A stretch of DNA of 64,000 nt from Alphaproteobacteria bacterium (GTDB taxonomy: Bacteria > Pseudomonadota > Alphaproteobacteria > UBA2966), in contig OZ219856.1 of NCBI GenBank assembly GCA_964291395.2, forward strand, positions 672,001 through 736,000, in the 5' to 3' direction. A program made the translations under genes and the position numbers. Below, piece after piece: positions 29,937 to 39,619 of the stretch (position 1 is the first letter of the stretch; the number at the start of each line of letters is the position of its first letter). Below the pieces are notes generated by a model that saw only the letters and a list, made by a program, of their open reading frames with translations, had not been told where the DNA came from and searched no databases.

Positions 29937-30935
29937 ATGAACCTGGTCCGAAACGACTTGCCGAAACGTCGCGCCAAGCGAAATCCCGCCCGCGGTTCCG
30001 CCATCCTGGCCGCTGTCCTAATCTCGGCGCTGAACGGGATGACCGCGATGGCCGAGGCGGAGATTGATCGGGAGCGGCTGATCGAGGACTTGCGGCGCCA
30101 CGTGCGCGTCCTCGCCGGCGACATCGGCGAGCGGTCGGTGGTGCGCGGCGACGGGCTCGAGCGCGCGCAGGCCTACGTGGAACGGGCGTTCGAGGCGTCG
30201 GGGCTCTCGGTCAGCCGCCAGTCCTACGCCTACCGGGCGGGCCGGGTGGCGAACCTGATCGCCGACCTGCCGGATGCGGACCTCGGGCCGGCGCCGTTGC
30301 TCGTCGGCGCGCACTACGACACCGCGCCGGGGTCGCCGGGCGCGGACGACAATGCGAGCGCCGTCGCCGTGATGTTGGAGCTCGCCCGCTGGACCGCGGC
30401 GAACCGGCCGGCCGCGCCGGTGCGCTTCGTCGCGTTCACCCTGGAGGAGCCGCCGAACCACGGCTCGGACGTTCAGGGCAGCCGGGTCTTCGTCCGCCGG
30501 CTCGTGGACGGCGGGCAGTCGGTCCGGGGCGCGCTCATCCTGGAGATGGTCGGATACACGACGCCCAGGCAGGAGTACCCGTTCTTCCTGCGCGCCGCGG
30601 GCTACCCGGAGACCGGGGACTTCATCGGCATCGTCGGCAACCGCGCCTCGCGGGAGTTCGGTCATCGCGTCCGCGCGGCGATGCGCCGAAACGCCGGTCT
30701 CCACGTCGAATCCCTGTTCGTGTGGTTCAACGGCTGGATTCTGCCGGATACGCGGTTGAGCGACCACGCTCCCTTCTGGGACGCGGGTCTTCCGGCGCTG
30801 ATGATCACGGACACCGCCTACTTCCGAAATCCCAACTACCACACGCCGGCCGACCGGCCGGAAACGCTGAACTACGCCTTCATGGCGGAACTGGTCCGCA
30901 GCCTGACCCTGGTCCTGGACGAGCTGGCGCCGTAG
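29937..30935 (+). CDS. M28 family peptidase
   Basis: VGAHYDT, PGADDNASAVA, FTLEEPP, SDHAPFW, NYHT; start uncertain. Confidence 0.9.
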   Translation: MNLVRNDLPKRRAKRNPARGSAILAAVLISALNGMTAMAEAEIDRERLIEDLRRHVRVLAGDIGERSVVRGDGLERAQAYVERAFEASGLSVSRQSYAYRAGRVANLIADLPDADLGPAPLLVGAHYDTAPGSPGADDNASAVAVMLELARWTAANRPAAPVRFVAFTLEEPPNHGSDVQGSRVFVRRLVDGGQSVRGALILEMVGYTTPRQEYPFFLRAAGYPETGDFIGIVGNRASREFGHRVRAAMRRNAGLHVESLFVWFNGWILPDTRLSDHAPFWDAGLPALMITDTAYFRNPNYHTPADRPETLNYAFMAELVRSLTLVLDELAP

Positions 30936-31073
30936 ACGCGCGGGAGATCCTCCGGCGCGTCGCCGCAAGGAACCCGTCGGGCGCGATAGCGGGCTCCATA
31001 GGCGGTGGAACCTCGCGGAGCGCATGTCCGGAAGGCCCGAGTTCGCGGCGGGAACGTCTTCCCGTGCCCGCGT

Positions 31074-31850
31074 TCATCCGGGCCGCGTCCGGGAGGCCGC
31101 GTTGCCGGTCCAGAACGGCAGGCGGGCTGCCACCGCCGAGGCGGCGAAGCAGACGACGAGGAACGGCCCGGCGGGGAGGTCGGCGACCGACGACACCGCG
31201 ATGCCCAAGACCACCGCGGCCCCGCCGCTGGCGAACGCCTTCCGGAGGCTGTAGCCCTCGCGGCCGCGGGCGGCCAACGCCGGAAGGATGAGGCTCGCGA
31301 ACACGACGTAGACGCCCACGAGCTGAACCGACGCCGTGATGGCGAGGGCGAACAGCACGAAGAATCCGGTGCCGCCTCTCGCGCGCGGCGCGGCGATCCA
31401 CAGGACGGCGACCAAGCCATACACCGGCAGGAACGAGGCGATGTCGCTCCACGAGACGAACAGAATCTGGCCCGAAAGCACATGCCGCAGTTCCTCGCCG
31501 CCATGCGGGTCGTCGGCGAGCACCAGCAAGGCCAGAGACGCGGCGAGAATGAAGGAGCTTCCGATCACGGCCTCCTGTTCATCCGGCGCCTTTCGTTCGA
31601 TCCAGCGGAAGAACAGCGCGACGGCGACGCCCGTGCCGAAGGACGCCGTTTGTCGGACGAGCCAGGACGGTTCTTCGAACCACAGACCGAGCGCGACGAT
31701 CGCCAGCCCCACGACCTGCGCGGTCGCCAGATCGATGAACACGATGCCCCGCTTCAGAACCTCGATCCCGAGCGGGGCATGAATCGCTGTGACGATGAGC
31801 CCGACAGCAAAAGCAGGCGCTACGATGTAGAGCAGGTCAAGGTCGATTAT
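31074..31850 (-). CDS. Metal (Zn/Mn) ABC transporter permease, probable ATA start
   Basis: Frame open from ATA 31850 after GGAGG; HAPLGIEVLKRGIVFIDLA, VQLVGVYVVFASLILPA. Confidence 0.82.
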   Translation of the reverse strand: MIDLDLLYIVAPAFAVGLIVTAIHAPLGIEVLKRGIVFIDLATAQVVGLAIVALGLWFEEPSWLVRQTASFGTGVAVALFFRWIERKAPDEQEAVIGSSFILAASLALLVLADDPHGGEELRHVLSGQILFVSWSDIASFLPVYGLVAVLWIAAPRARGGTGFFVLFALAITASVQLVGVYVVFASLILPALAARGREGYSLRKAFASGGAAVVLGIAVSSVADLPAGPFLVVCFAASAVAARLPFWTGNAASRTRPG

Positions 31851-32763
31851 TGGCCTCCTCCAACAACGTCAGCGTGACGTCGAACAGGGCGAAGAGATCG
31901 CGCACCTCGTCCCGCCCGCCGACCGTGAAGGGAAGCTCGACGACCGGAACGCCGGTCCGTTGCGACAGCCAGTCCGCCGCGTCGCCCGGATCGTGCGGCG
32001 CGAGCAGAATGGCGGCGGCGCCGGTCGTCCGCACCCTTTCGACGACATCCCGCAGGTGGGATGCCGTCGGCGGAACTCCGGAGATCCGCTCCAGCCTGGC
32101 GACCAGATCCAGACCGGTCCAGCCGAGCAGATAGACCCACGCGGCGTGGTGGACGACGACCTTCATGCCGCGAAGCCCTTCGGCGCGTGCGCGCCAGCGC
32201 TTCGTCGCCGCGCCCCATCGCGCCTCGAAATCCGCGAGCCGGGACCGATATGCTTCCTCGTTGGCCGGATCGACGCGCGCCAGCCGTCCCGCCAGCTCGA
32301 CCGCGAGGTGCGCGACATTGTCCGGATCCAGGTGGACGTGCGGGTTGCCGCTCGGATGGATGTCGCCGAGGCTGCGGTCGACCCTTTCGGGCCGCTCCAT
32401 GACTTCGACGTGATCGGCCGCCATGAGATGTCCGGGCTGGCCGGGCTGCACCCCGCGCCGGGCGCCGCGCTCCATCAGCAGCGGAAGCCAACCGACCTCC
32501 AGCTCCGCGCCGGAGCAGAACACGATGTCGGCGCGGCGCACCTGCGCGATCAGGCTGGGGCGCGCGCGGATGTAATGGGCATCCTGGCGTCCGTGGGTTG
32601 CCGAGTAGACCGTCACGTCATCGCCGCCGATCTCGCCCGCCAGCGCCGCCCATTCCGGTTCGCAGGCGAACACCCTGGCATCGGCCGCCGCGCTGGCCGG
32701 CGCAATGACCGCCAAGGCGGCAAGCAGCGCCGCCGCCAAATGTCTCGACATCGCCGCCGCCAT
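31837..32763 (-). CDS. Metal (Zn) ABC transporter substrate-binding protein
   Basis: Signal peptide; QDAHY, GAELEVGWLP, GDIHPSGNPHVHLDP, HAAWVY. Confidence 0.92.
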   Translation of the reverse strand: MAAAMSRHLAAALLAALAVIAPASAAADARVFACEPEWAALAGEIGGDDVTVYSATHGRQDAHYIRARPSLIAQVRRADIVFCSGAELEVGWLPLLMERGARRGVQPGQPGHLMAADHVEVMERPERVDRSLGDIHPSGNPHVHLDPDNVAHLAVELAGRLARVDPANEEAYRSRLADFEARWGAATKRWRARAEGLRGMKVVVHHAAWVYLLGWTGLDLVARLERISGVPPTASHLRDVVERVRTTGAAAILLAPHDPGDAADWLSQRTGVPVVELPFTVGGRDEVRDLFALFDVTLTLLEEANNRP

Positions 32764-34341
32764 CTAGAAGCTGTGCGCGGCGTGGGCGCCGAGGCTCATC
32801 ACGTATTGCAGGATGAACTGGTCATCCTTCTCGTGGCCGTCGAGCGCTTCGTGGTTGTACTGCAGCCGGATACGCCCGAATTCGCTGTTGGTCCAGTCGA
32901 CCATCATCCCGAAGGCATAGGGGTCGTGGTCGATCCCGGCGTCGTCCGGCGGCGAAAGCCGGGCGTACCGCGCGCCGATCCGCCAGCGCGGCACCGGCTT
33001 GTAGACCCCCTGGATGTACCAGCCATGCGCGATGGAGTCGGTCCTGAGTTCCTCGAGATGCTCCTCTCCGTCCTCCTCTTCCGCCAGCGCGTAGGTTCCG
33101 TCTTCCTGGCGCCAGAAATACTCGGCTTGGAGGATCACCTCGCTCTCCCGCGCGTTGCCGGTCGGCGCCATGGCGAAGCGGACGTCGATCCCGTAGAGCC
33201 GCGTGTCGCCGGAGAACGCGCCGGCCGAGAAGAACTCGCCAAAATCCTCCCCGTGCTCGTGCTCGTGTTCCTCTTCATGGGCATGCTCGTCTTCGTGCTC
33301 GTGCTCGTGTTCCTCTTCGTGGGCGTGCTCGTCTTCGTGCTCGTGCTCGTGTTCCTCTTCGTGGGCGTGCTCGTCTTCGTGCTCGTGCTCCTCTTCATGG
33401 GCATGCTCGTCTTCGTGCCCGTGCTCGTCCTCGTGCCCGTGCTCGTCCTCGTGCGCGTGCCCGTGCCCGCCTCCGCTCCGGTTCAGCGACCTGCCGTCCA
33501 GCAGATACCCGCCGATGCGCCAAGCGGCGTTGCGGCCGATGTCGCCGCCGACGCGTGCGTAGACGGAGCGCGCCCGCAGCCCGTTGTCGGAGCCGCCGAA
33601 CAACGGCCTGTCGTCGCCCCGGAAAAGGCCGCCGCCGACTTCGCCGTAGAGCGCCGACGGCAGGACGAAGGACAGCTCCACGCCGTCGTCGTTGAACGCG
33701 TTGTCCAGAAACGCCCGGTAAGGAAGCGGCCGGTCCGCGAAATCGTCGCCGTGAGCGTGCTGCTCGTTGAGATAGCCGAAGGTCCAGAGCGCCCGGCCCG
33801 CCTTTGCCCGCATACCCTCGGGGAGCCCGGCGCCCGGCAGGGTCTGGACATAGGCTTCCTCGAGCTCGACTTCCGTCGCCTCGCCCGGGTGCGCACCGAG
33901 ACCGAGGGTGAGGCTGCCGCGAAACTTGTCGTCGACATTGCCGGACGCGGTCACTTCGCTGTGGCCCAGCGAAAGGCCCTCAGGGGCGCGCTCCGACTCG
34001 TGACCGAGCACGAAGCCGGGAATCGACGACCCTTCGGCCGAGAAGCTCCCATACCGGCCGTCCAGGACGATGCCGATCGCCGGGTTGAACGCGTTGTCCT
34101 GTGCCGGCTGGCCGGGCGCCGCGGGCTTCGAAGCCGCGCCCTTCGTCCCCTCCTCTAGCGACGAAAGCTGCGATTCCAGCGCCTTCAGCCGCGCTTCGTA
34201 CTCGTGCTTGAGGGCCTGGATTTCGGCGGCCAAATCCGCCGCCGAGGGTACCGTCCCGGACTGCGAGACGGCCTGCGTCCCAACGAGAAGGGCTGGCAGC
34301 GCGACGGCGACCAACCGGGCAATTCTGATGACGGCGCGCAT
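32764..34341 (-). CDS. Outer-membrane beta-barrel zinc-uptake protein with His-rich loop
   Basis: Signal plus coiled coil, FNPAIGIVLDG, EQHAHGDDFADRP, SEFGRIRLQY, C-terminal SLGAHAAHSF. Confidence 0.8.
   Translation of the reverse strand: MRAVIRIARLVAVALPALLVGTQAVSQSGTVPSAADLAAEIQALKHEYEARLKALESQLSSLEEGTKGAASKPAAPGQPAQDNAFNPAIGIVLDGRYGSFSAEGSSIPGFVLGHESERAPEGLSLGHSEVTASGNVDDKFRGSLTLGLGAHPGEATEVELEEAYVQTLPGAGLPEGMRAKAGRALWTFGYLNEQHAHGDDFADRPLPYRAFLDNAFNDDGVELSFVLPSALYGEVGGGLFRGDDRPLFGGSDNGLRARSVYARVGGDIGRNAAWRIGGYLLDGRSLNRSGGGHGHAHEDEHGHEDEHGHEDEHAHEEEHEHEDEHAHEEEHEHEHEDEHAHEEEHEHEHEDEHAHEEEHEHEHGEDFGEFFSAGAFSGDTRLYGIDVRFAMAPTGNARESEVILQAEYFWRQEDGTYALAEEEDGEEHLEELRTDSIAHGWYIQGVYKPVPRWRIGARYARLSPPDDAGIDHDPYAFGMMVDWTNSEFGRIRLQYNHEALDGHEKDDQFILQYVMSLGAHAAHSF
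33253..33465 (-). repeat. Coding tandem repeat encoding about 71-aa His/Glu tract
   Basis: HEDEHAHEEEHEHE units (42 bp) and HEDEHG units. Confidence 0.95.
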
Positions 34342-34372
34342 CGCACACTCCTCCACGACATCTGACTTTTAC

Positions 34373-34395
34373 GATATGTAATATCATACCATGAT
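34373..34395. promoter_or_regulatory. Putative Zur box
   Basis: GATATGTAATATCATACCATGAT, 15 of 22 matches to GAAATGTTATAnTATAACATTTC, just upstream of the metal uptake operon. Confidence 0.65.
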
Positions 34396-34558
34396 GGAGA
34401 GGATTGAGGTCAAGAGCGGGCCATTCACATGCTGGACTAATGTGTGAACCGTGCGAACAAGCTCGGCGGGCGGCCGCCAAACGTCCGTGAAGGAACGGTC
34501 ATTGTCGGGTGTTCCGGGACGGGTTCGGCGCGCACCCGCGCCGGCGCCGTCCCCGGGG

Positions 34559-34987
34559 CTACGGTACTTGGGCCACCACGTCGATCTCCAGGAGCATGTC
34601 CCGGTGCGCCAGGGACGGGATCTGGATCAGCGTGCGGGGCGGCATGCGCTCGCGCCCGAACAGCTCCCAGGTGATCTCGTTCAAGACGTCCTGGTCGCGC
34701 ATGACGTCGATCAGGTAATGCGTCATCTTGACGATATTGGTGAGGTCGGCATCCGCCGCCGCGAGGATCCGCTCGATGTTCTCGAAGGTCCGCTCGCACT
34801 GCGCGCGGAACCCGCCCTCGTACCATTTTGCTTCCTCCACGGGGTCGTGGGGATGCCTGTGATAGATGGGCACCGGACCCATGCCGGAGAGCCACAGAGT
34901 CCGGCCGCCCTCGACCGAGAATGCCGGCACGAACGGCATGTTGTGCTCGGGCAGCGGGGTGCCCGGATGGACGGGTGTGATCTTCAT
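34559..34987 (-). CDS. RidA/YjgF family protein
   Basis: LWLSGM, NIERILAAA, PPRTLIQI, LLEIDVVA. Confidence 0.9.
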   Translation of the reverse strand: MKITPVHPGTPLPEHNMPFVPAFSVEGGRTLWLSGMGPVPIYHRHPHDPVEEAKWYEGGFRAQCERTFENIERILAAADADLTNIVKMTHYLIDVMRDQDVLNEITWELFGRERMPPRTLIQIPSLAHRDMLLEIDVVAQVP

Positions 34988-35051
34988 GATTTCCGCCTCC
35001 AATGAGTGGAAGGGGTTGGGGGACGGTCGGTCGTCCCGGCGGCACTCCCAC

Positions 35052-35084
35052 GATACCCCGACATGGCGCGAAGTGTGCGAATTC
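35052..35084 (+). repeat. Left copy of 33-bp direct repeat flanking phd-vapC
   Basis: GATACCCCGACATGGCGCGAAGTGTGCGAATTC; partner 35844-35876 with 3 mismatches. Confidence 0.85.
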
Positions 35085-35180
35085 GACTCGGTGGCCGGCT
35101 GCGGAACGGAAACGCGTGTACACAGACATTGATAGTGACCAGTCATATGATATGACCATTAAAGAGGAAGGAATGGGGAG

Positions 35181-35405
35181 ATGAAGACGATCGGTGCAGC
35201 GAAGTTCAAGGAACGGTGCCTGGCGTTGCTCGATCACCTTGATCACGACGGGCTGGTCATCACCAAGCGCGGCAAGCCCGTCGCGCGCCTGCTTCCATTC
35301 GAGCAGCACCACGCCGAACTGATCGGCAGTCTGCGTCACAAGGTCGAAGTTCGGGGCGACATTCTCGCCACCGGAATCGAATGGAACGCCGATGCTCAAT
35401 CTTGA
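35181..35405 (+). CDS. Phd/YefM family antitoxin
   Basis: MKTIGAAKFKERCLALLD, VITKRGKPVARLLP. Confidence 0.92.
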   Translation: MKTIGAAKFKERCLALLDHLDHDGLVITKRGKPVARLLPFEQHHAELIGSLRHKVEVRGDILATGIEWNADAQS

Positions 35406-35787
35406 CACCCACGTACTCGTCTTCGCGGTCAGCGGCGCGCTTCGCCCGGCGGAACGCGCGCTGTTGGCGCGCGACAGGTGGTCGGTTTCGGCCATCGTGC
35501 TGTAGGAGCTCGCCAAGTTCATCCGGCTTGGCCGGGTGGGCATGGACCTCGATGATCGCGACGTCGCCGGCATGCTCGACCGCGTGCATGTCTGGCCCAT
35601 TGACCTCGACGTCGCGCGAGCCTCCACCCGCCTCGACTTCAAGGGCGACCCGGCGGACGAGATCATCGCGGCTACCAGCGTCGTGCACGTCGTCCCTCTG
35701 GTCACCCGCGACCGCGTCATCAGGCAGTCGAAGATCGTCCCCCTAGCCACGGCGGATGGAGAAGACGAGGCACGGCGGGAATTCTGA
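35392..35787 (+). pseudogene. VapC/PIN toxin with nonsense codon
   Basis: MLNLDTHVL...SAIVL*ELAK (TAG 35503-35505 where Trp is usual), DPADEIIAAT, LVTRD. Confidence 0.88.
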
Positions 35788-35843
35788 CGCCGCAGGACAT
35801 GGCGGGCGTGGCCGCGCGCCGGGCGCTCGAGTCGCGCGGCAGG

Positions 35844-35876
35844 GATACCCCGACATGGTGTGAAGTGCGCGAATTC
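35844..35876 (+). repeat. Right copy of 33-bp direct repeat
   Basis: GATACCCCGACATGGTGTGAAGTGCGCGAATTC. Confidence 0.85.
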
Positions 35877-35924
35877 AGCCCGCCGGATGGCCGCTGACCC
35901 GCTCCGGGGGACGGTTCCGGGGGT

Positions 35925-36854
35925 TCAGCCGCCGGCCGCCTTCGCGGCCACGATGGCGGCGATGAAGGCGGCGGCCAGACGCGCTTCGGGCGGGTCGGCC
36001 CGCGACGTCAGCACGATCGGCACCCTGGTGCCCATGACCACGCCGGCCGCCGTGGCGCTCATGAAGTAGACCATCTGCTTGAACAGGATGTTGCCGGCCT
36101 CGACGTTGGGCACGACGAGGATATCGGCGTTGCCCGCGACCGGGCTCTCGATGCTCTTCAACCGGGCGGCCTCGGGCGAGACCGCGTTGTCGAAGCCGAA
36201 GGGGCCGTCGACTGCCGCGCCCGTCACCTCGCCGCCGGCCGCGCGCGCGGCGACCTCGGCGGCCTGGACGCTCGACGGCATGCCGGGGTTGACGACCTCG
36301 GCGCCCGAGAGGAGGGCCACGCGGGGCTCCCGGGGGTCGAGGGCCCGGGCCAGCTCGACGGCGTTGTTGACGATGTCGAGCATCTCGTCCGCGTCGGGCC
36401 GGACGTTGACCACCGCATCGGTGACGTGGAGGACGCCGCTGCGGCCCGGAGCCGTCATGTGGAAGACGTGGCTCACGCGCCGGCCGGTGCGCAGGCCCGC
36501 ATCCCGGCGCAGGACCGCGCGCATCAGGGCGTCGGTGTGCACGTGGCCCTTCATGATCGCCGCCGCCTCGCCGCTCCCGGCGAGTGCCGCCGCGGCCTCC
36601 GCCTTCTTCGCCTCGTCCGCCTCCTCGACGATGCGGACCCCGCCGAGGTCCCAGCCCGCGTCCCCCGCGAGGGACCGGATGGCGTCCGCCTCGCCGATCA
36701 GGACGGGTTCGATGGCGCCCGCCTCGGCGGCCCGCCGCGCGCTCGTCAGGGCCACGGGGTGGTCGGCGCCCGCCACGGCCATCGGGACGCGGGGCAGCCC
36801 GCCCGCGAGTTCCATCAGGTATGCGGGGACCTCGAAGGGCTCGGTGCTCAGCAT
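35925..36854 (-). CDS. pta: Phosphate acetyl/butyryltransferase
   Basis: IMKGHVHTD, DGPFGFDNAVS, PNVEAGNILFK, TSRAD; directly downstream of xsc. Confidence 0.88.
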   Translation of the reverse strand: MLSTEPFEVPAYLMELAGGLPRVPMAVAGADHPVALTSARRAAEAGAIEPVLIGEADAIRSLAGDAGWDLGGVRIVEEADEAKKAEAAAALAGSGEAAAIMKGHVHTDALMRAVLRRDAGLRTGRRVSHVFHMTAPGRSGVLHVTDAVVNVRPDADEMLDIVNNAVELARALDPREPRVALLSGAEVVNPGMPSSVQAAEVAARAAGGEVTGAAVDGPFGFDNAVSPEAARLKSIESPVAGNADILVVPNVEAGNILFKQMVYFMSATAAGVVMGTRVPIVLTSRADPPEARLAAAFIAAIVAAKAAGG

Positions 36855-36949
36855 GGTCCGAGTCTCAGGGAAACGGGTAGCGCACCGCTCCGCGTCGGCG
36901 GAGGCCGCCGCGCGTCACTGCGGGCAGGTAACCGACCCTGCCGGGCTAC

Positions 36950-38731
36950 CTACGCGCCGACCTGGGGCCGCATGTCGGCCGGGTCGATGCCGGCGACCGC
37001 GACCGGCGCCTTCATCGCGTCGCGGCGGAACGGCTCGCCCAGCTCCTGGTTCAGCACGACCTCGACGAAGGTGGTCTCGTTCCTCTCCATCTGCCCTTCG
37101 ATGGCGTCGGACAGCGCCTCCGTCAGGCCGCCCGTCGTCGTCACCTGAACGCCCTTCAGGCCGCAGGCTTCGGCGATCCCGGCGAACCGCACGTCGAGGT
37201 CGAGCTCGGTGCCGACGAAATTGTCGTCGAACCACAGCGTGGTGTTCCGCTTCTCGGCGCCCCACTGGTAGTTCCGGAAGACGACCATCGTGATCGGCGG
37301 CCACTCGCCCCGCCCGCAGGACGACATCTCGTTCATGGAGATGCCGAAGGCGCCGTCGCCGGCGAAGCCGACCACCGGCACGTCGGGCTTGGCGATCTTC
37401 GCCCCGAGGATCGCCGGGAAGCCGTAGCCGCAGGGGCCGAACAGGCCCGGCGCCAGGTATTTGCGGCCCTTCTCGAAGGTCGGATAGGCGTTGCCGATGG
37501 CGCAGTTGTTGCCGATGTCGGACGAGATGATCGCCTCCCCCGGCAGGGCCGCCTGGATGGCCCGCCATGCCATGCGCGGGCTCATGCGGTCGGGCTGGGC
37601 CGTGCGGGCGCGCTCGTTCCAGGTCGTTCCGGGGTCGTCCTCCTCGTGGTCCATCGAGGAGAGAAGCTGGAGCCAGGCCGACTTCGTCTGCGCGACGAGG
37701 GCCTCGCGTTCCTTGCGCCCCTTGTCGCCGGCCGTGCCGGAGAGCCCGGCGAGGAGCTGCTTCGCGACGGCCTTGGCGTCGCCCTGGATGGCCACGGTTA
37801 CCGGCTTGGTCAGGCCGATCCGGTCGGAATTGATGTCGACCTGGATGAGCTTCGCGTCCCCGGGCCAGTAGTCGATCCCGTAGCCGGGCAGGGTGGAGAA
37901 CGGGTTGAGGCGCGTGCCGAGCGCCAGGACGACGTCGGCCTTCGAAATGAGCTCCATCGCGGCCTTCGAGCCGTTGTAGCCGAGAGGGCCGACCGACAGG
38001 GGGTGGCTGCCCGGGAAGGCGTCGTTGTGCTGGTAGTTGCAGCACACGGGGGCCGACAGCTTCTCCGCGAGCTTTGCCGACGCTTGAATGCCGCCGGACA
38101 GCACGACGCCGGCGCCGTTCAGCATCACGGGGAACTCCGCCTTGGAAAGGAGGTCGGCCGCTTCCTCGATGGCGGCCGTGCCGCCGCGCGGGCGCTCGAG
38201 GCGCACGATCTGCGGCAGGTCGATGTCGATGACCTGCGTCCAGTAGTCGCGCGGCACGTTGATCTGGGCCGGCGCCGACAGCCGGAAGGCGTTCTCGATG
38301 ACGCGGTTCAGCACCTCGGCCATGCGCGAGGGATCGCGGACCTCCTCCTGATAGCAGACCATGTCCTCGAACAGCTTCATCTGCTCGATCTCCTGGAAGC
38401 CGCCCTGGCCGATGGTCTTGTTGGCGGCCTGCGGCGTCACCAGCAGCAGCGGCGTGTGGTTCCAGTACGCGGTCTTCACCGGCGTCACGAAATTGGTGAT
38501 GCCCGGACCGTTCTGCGCGACCATCATGCACATCTTGCCCGAGGCGCGGGTATAGCCGTCGGCCATCATTCCGGCGTTGCATTCGTGCGCGCAGTCCCAG
38601 AACGTGATCCCCGCCGTGGGAAAGAGGTCGGAGATGGGCATCATCGCCGAACCGATGATCCCGAAGGCATGCTCGATACCGTGCATCTGGAGAACCTTCA
38701 CGAAGGCTTCTTCCGTGGTCATTTTCGTCAT
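36950..38731 (-). CDS. xsc: Sulfoacetaldehyde acetyltransferase (ThDP)
   Basis: KMTTEEAFVKVLQMHG, GIIGSAMM, GDGAFGIS, NYQWGAEKRN, ELGEPFRRDAM. Confidence 0.96.
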   Translation of the reverse strand: MTKMTTEEAFVKVLQMHGIEHAFGIIGSAMMPISDLFPTAGITFWDCAHECNAGMMADGYTRASGKMCMMVAQNGPGITNFVTPVKTAYWNHTPLLLVTPQAANKTIGQGGFQEIEQMKLFEDMVCYQEEVRDPSRMAEVLNRVIENAFRLSAPAQINVPRDYWTQVIDIDLPQIVRLERPRGGTAAIEEAADLLSKAEFPVMLNGAGVVLSGGIQASAKLAEKLSAPVCCNYQHNDAFPGSHPLSVGPLGYNGSKAAMELISKADVVLALGTRLNPFSTLPGYGIDYWPGDAKLIQVDINSDRIGLTKPVTVAIQGDAKAVAKQLLAGLSGTAGDKGRKEREALVAQTKSAWLQLLSSMDHEEDDPGTTWNERARTAQPDRMSPRMAWRAIQAALPGEAIISSDIGNNCAIGNAYPTFEKGRKYLAPGLFGPCGYGFPAILGAKIAKPDVPVVGFAGDGAFGISMNEMSSCGRGEWPPITMVVFRNYQWGAEKRNTTLWFDDNFVGTELDLDVRFAGIAEACGLKGVQVTTTGGLTEALSDAIEGQMERNETTFVEVVLNQELGEPFRRDAMKAPVAVAGIDPADMRPQVGA

Positions 38732-38844
38732 GTCTGGAAATCCTCCTTGGCCGCGGCCGCCAGCAGCTTCGACGGTCGTCTTGCCTCGCCGCTTGCGGCG
38801 GATTATTAAGCCATTGCCCCGGCACGGGCAAGTTGGCAGGGTCG

Positions 38845-39513
38845 TCACCGGCCGCCCGGAATCACCCCTTCCATGGGCTTCCAGTCCGGCTGGTTCTCGG
38901 GCATCGAGTCGGCGAAGGCGGGCAGTTCGTTGCAGCGCGCGACGATGTCCAGGATTGTCGGATACGGCGACAGGTCGCAGTCGAACCGTCGGGCGTTGTA
39001 GGTCTGCGGAACCAGGCAGAGGTCGGCCAGCGTGGGCGCGTCGCCGCGGCAGAACACGCCCGGCGACTCCCGCGCCGCGAGCATGCCCTCGAGGCCGCTC
39101 AGGCCGGCGGCGATCCAGTTCCCGTACCAGCCGTCGATGTCCTCCGCCGACGCGCCGATCCGGTCGGCCAGATAGCGCCGCACCCGCCGGCCCATCAGGG
39201 GGTGCATGTCGCTCGCGATGGATTGGGCGAAGCTTCTGACCCAGGCCCGTCCGGCCGAATCGGCCGGGAGCAGGGGCGGCTCGGGATAGACCTCTTCCAG
39301 GTACTCGAGGATGGGCAGGGATTGCGCGACCACGATCCCGCCGTCCTCGAGGATCGGCAGCATCCGCTGGGGATTGAGCGCCTCGAACCAGTCCGCTCGG
39401 TGCTCGTCCTCGACCAGGTTGACGATCACCTGCTCCGCCTCGATTCCCTTTAGTTTCAGCGCGATCCGTACCCGATAGGCCGCGTTCGACATGTAAAAAT
39501 CATAAAACTTCAC
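38845..39513 (-). CDS. maiA: Zeta-class GST (maleylacetoacetate/maleylpyruvate isomerase-like)
   Basis: SNAAYRVRIALKLKG, LNPQRMLP, QSLPILEYLEE, PENQPD. Confidence 0.85.
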   Translation of the reverse strand: MKFYDFYMSNAAYRVRIALKLKGIEAEQVIVNLVEDEHRADWFEALNPQRMLPILEDGGIVVAQSLPILEYLEEVYPEPPLLPADSAGRAWVRSFAQSIASDMHPLMGRRVRRYLADRIGASAEDIDGWYGNWIAAGLSGLEGMLAARESPGVFCRGDAPTLADLCLVPQTYNARRFDCDLSPYPTILDIVARCNELPAFADSMPENQPDWKPMEGVIPGGR

Positions 39514-39619
39514 GGTTCCGCTCCCGGTCGGTATGCTTGGCGCCCATTCACGCGAATCGAGCCCGTCATCATAGTTGCCGGGCGGCGCGGAATCCCCCTG
39601 GAAATCGAAGGGTGCGTTC

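Noticed and set aside
33253-33465. Repeat array as possible CRISPR
   Set aside because: No unique spacers, codon-phased, inside a CDS encoding His/Glu; no cas genes
35503-35505. In-frame TAG in vapC as pyrrolysine/read-through
   Set aside because: Falls at a usual Trp (TGG to TAG, one transition) in a toxin; no pyl context; a nonsense mutation is simpler
39514-39619. Cobalamin riboswitch upstream of the mutase operon
   Set aside because: Intergenic gap only about 105 bp and no B12-box recognised
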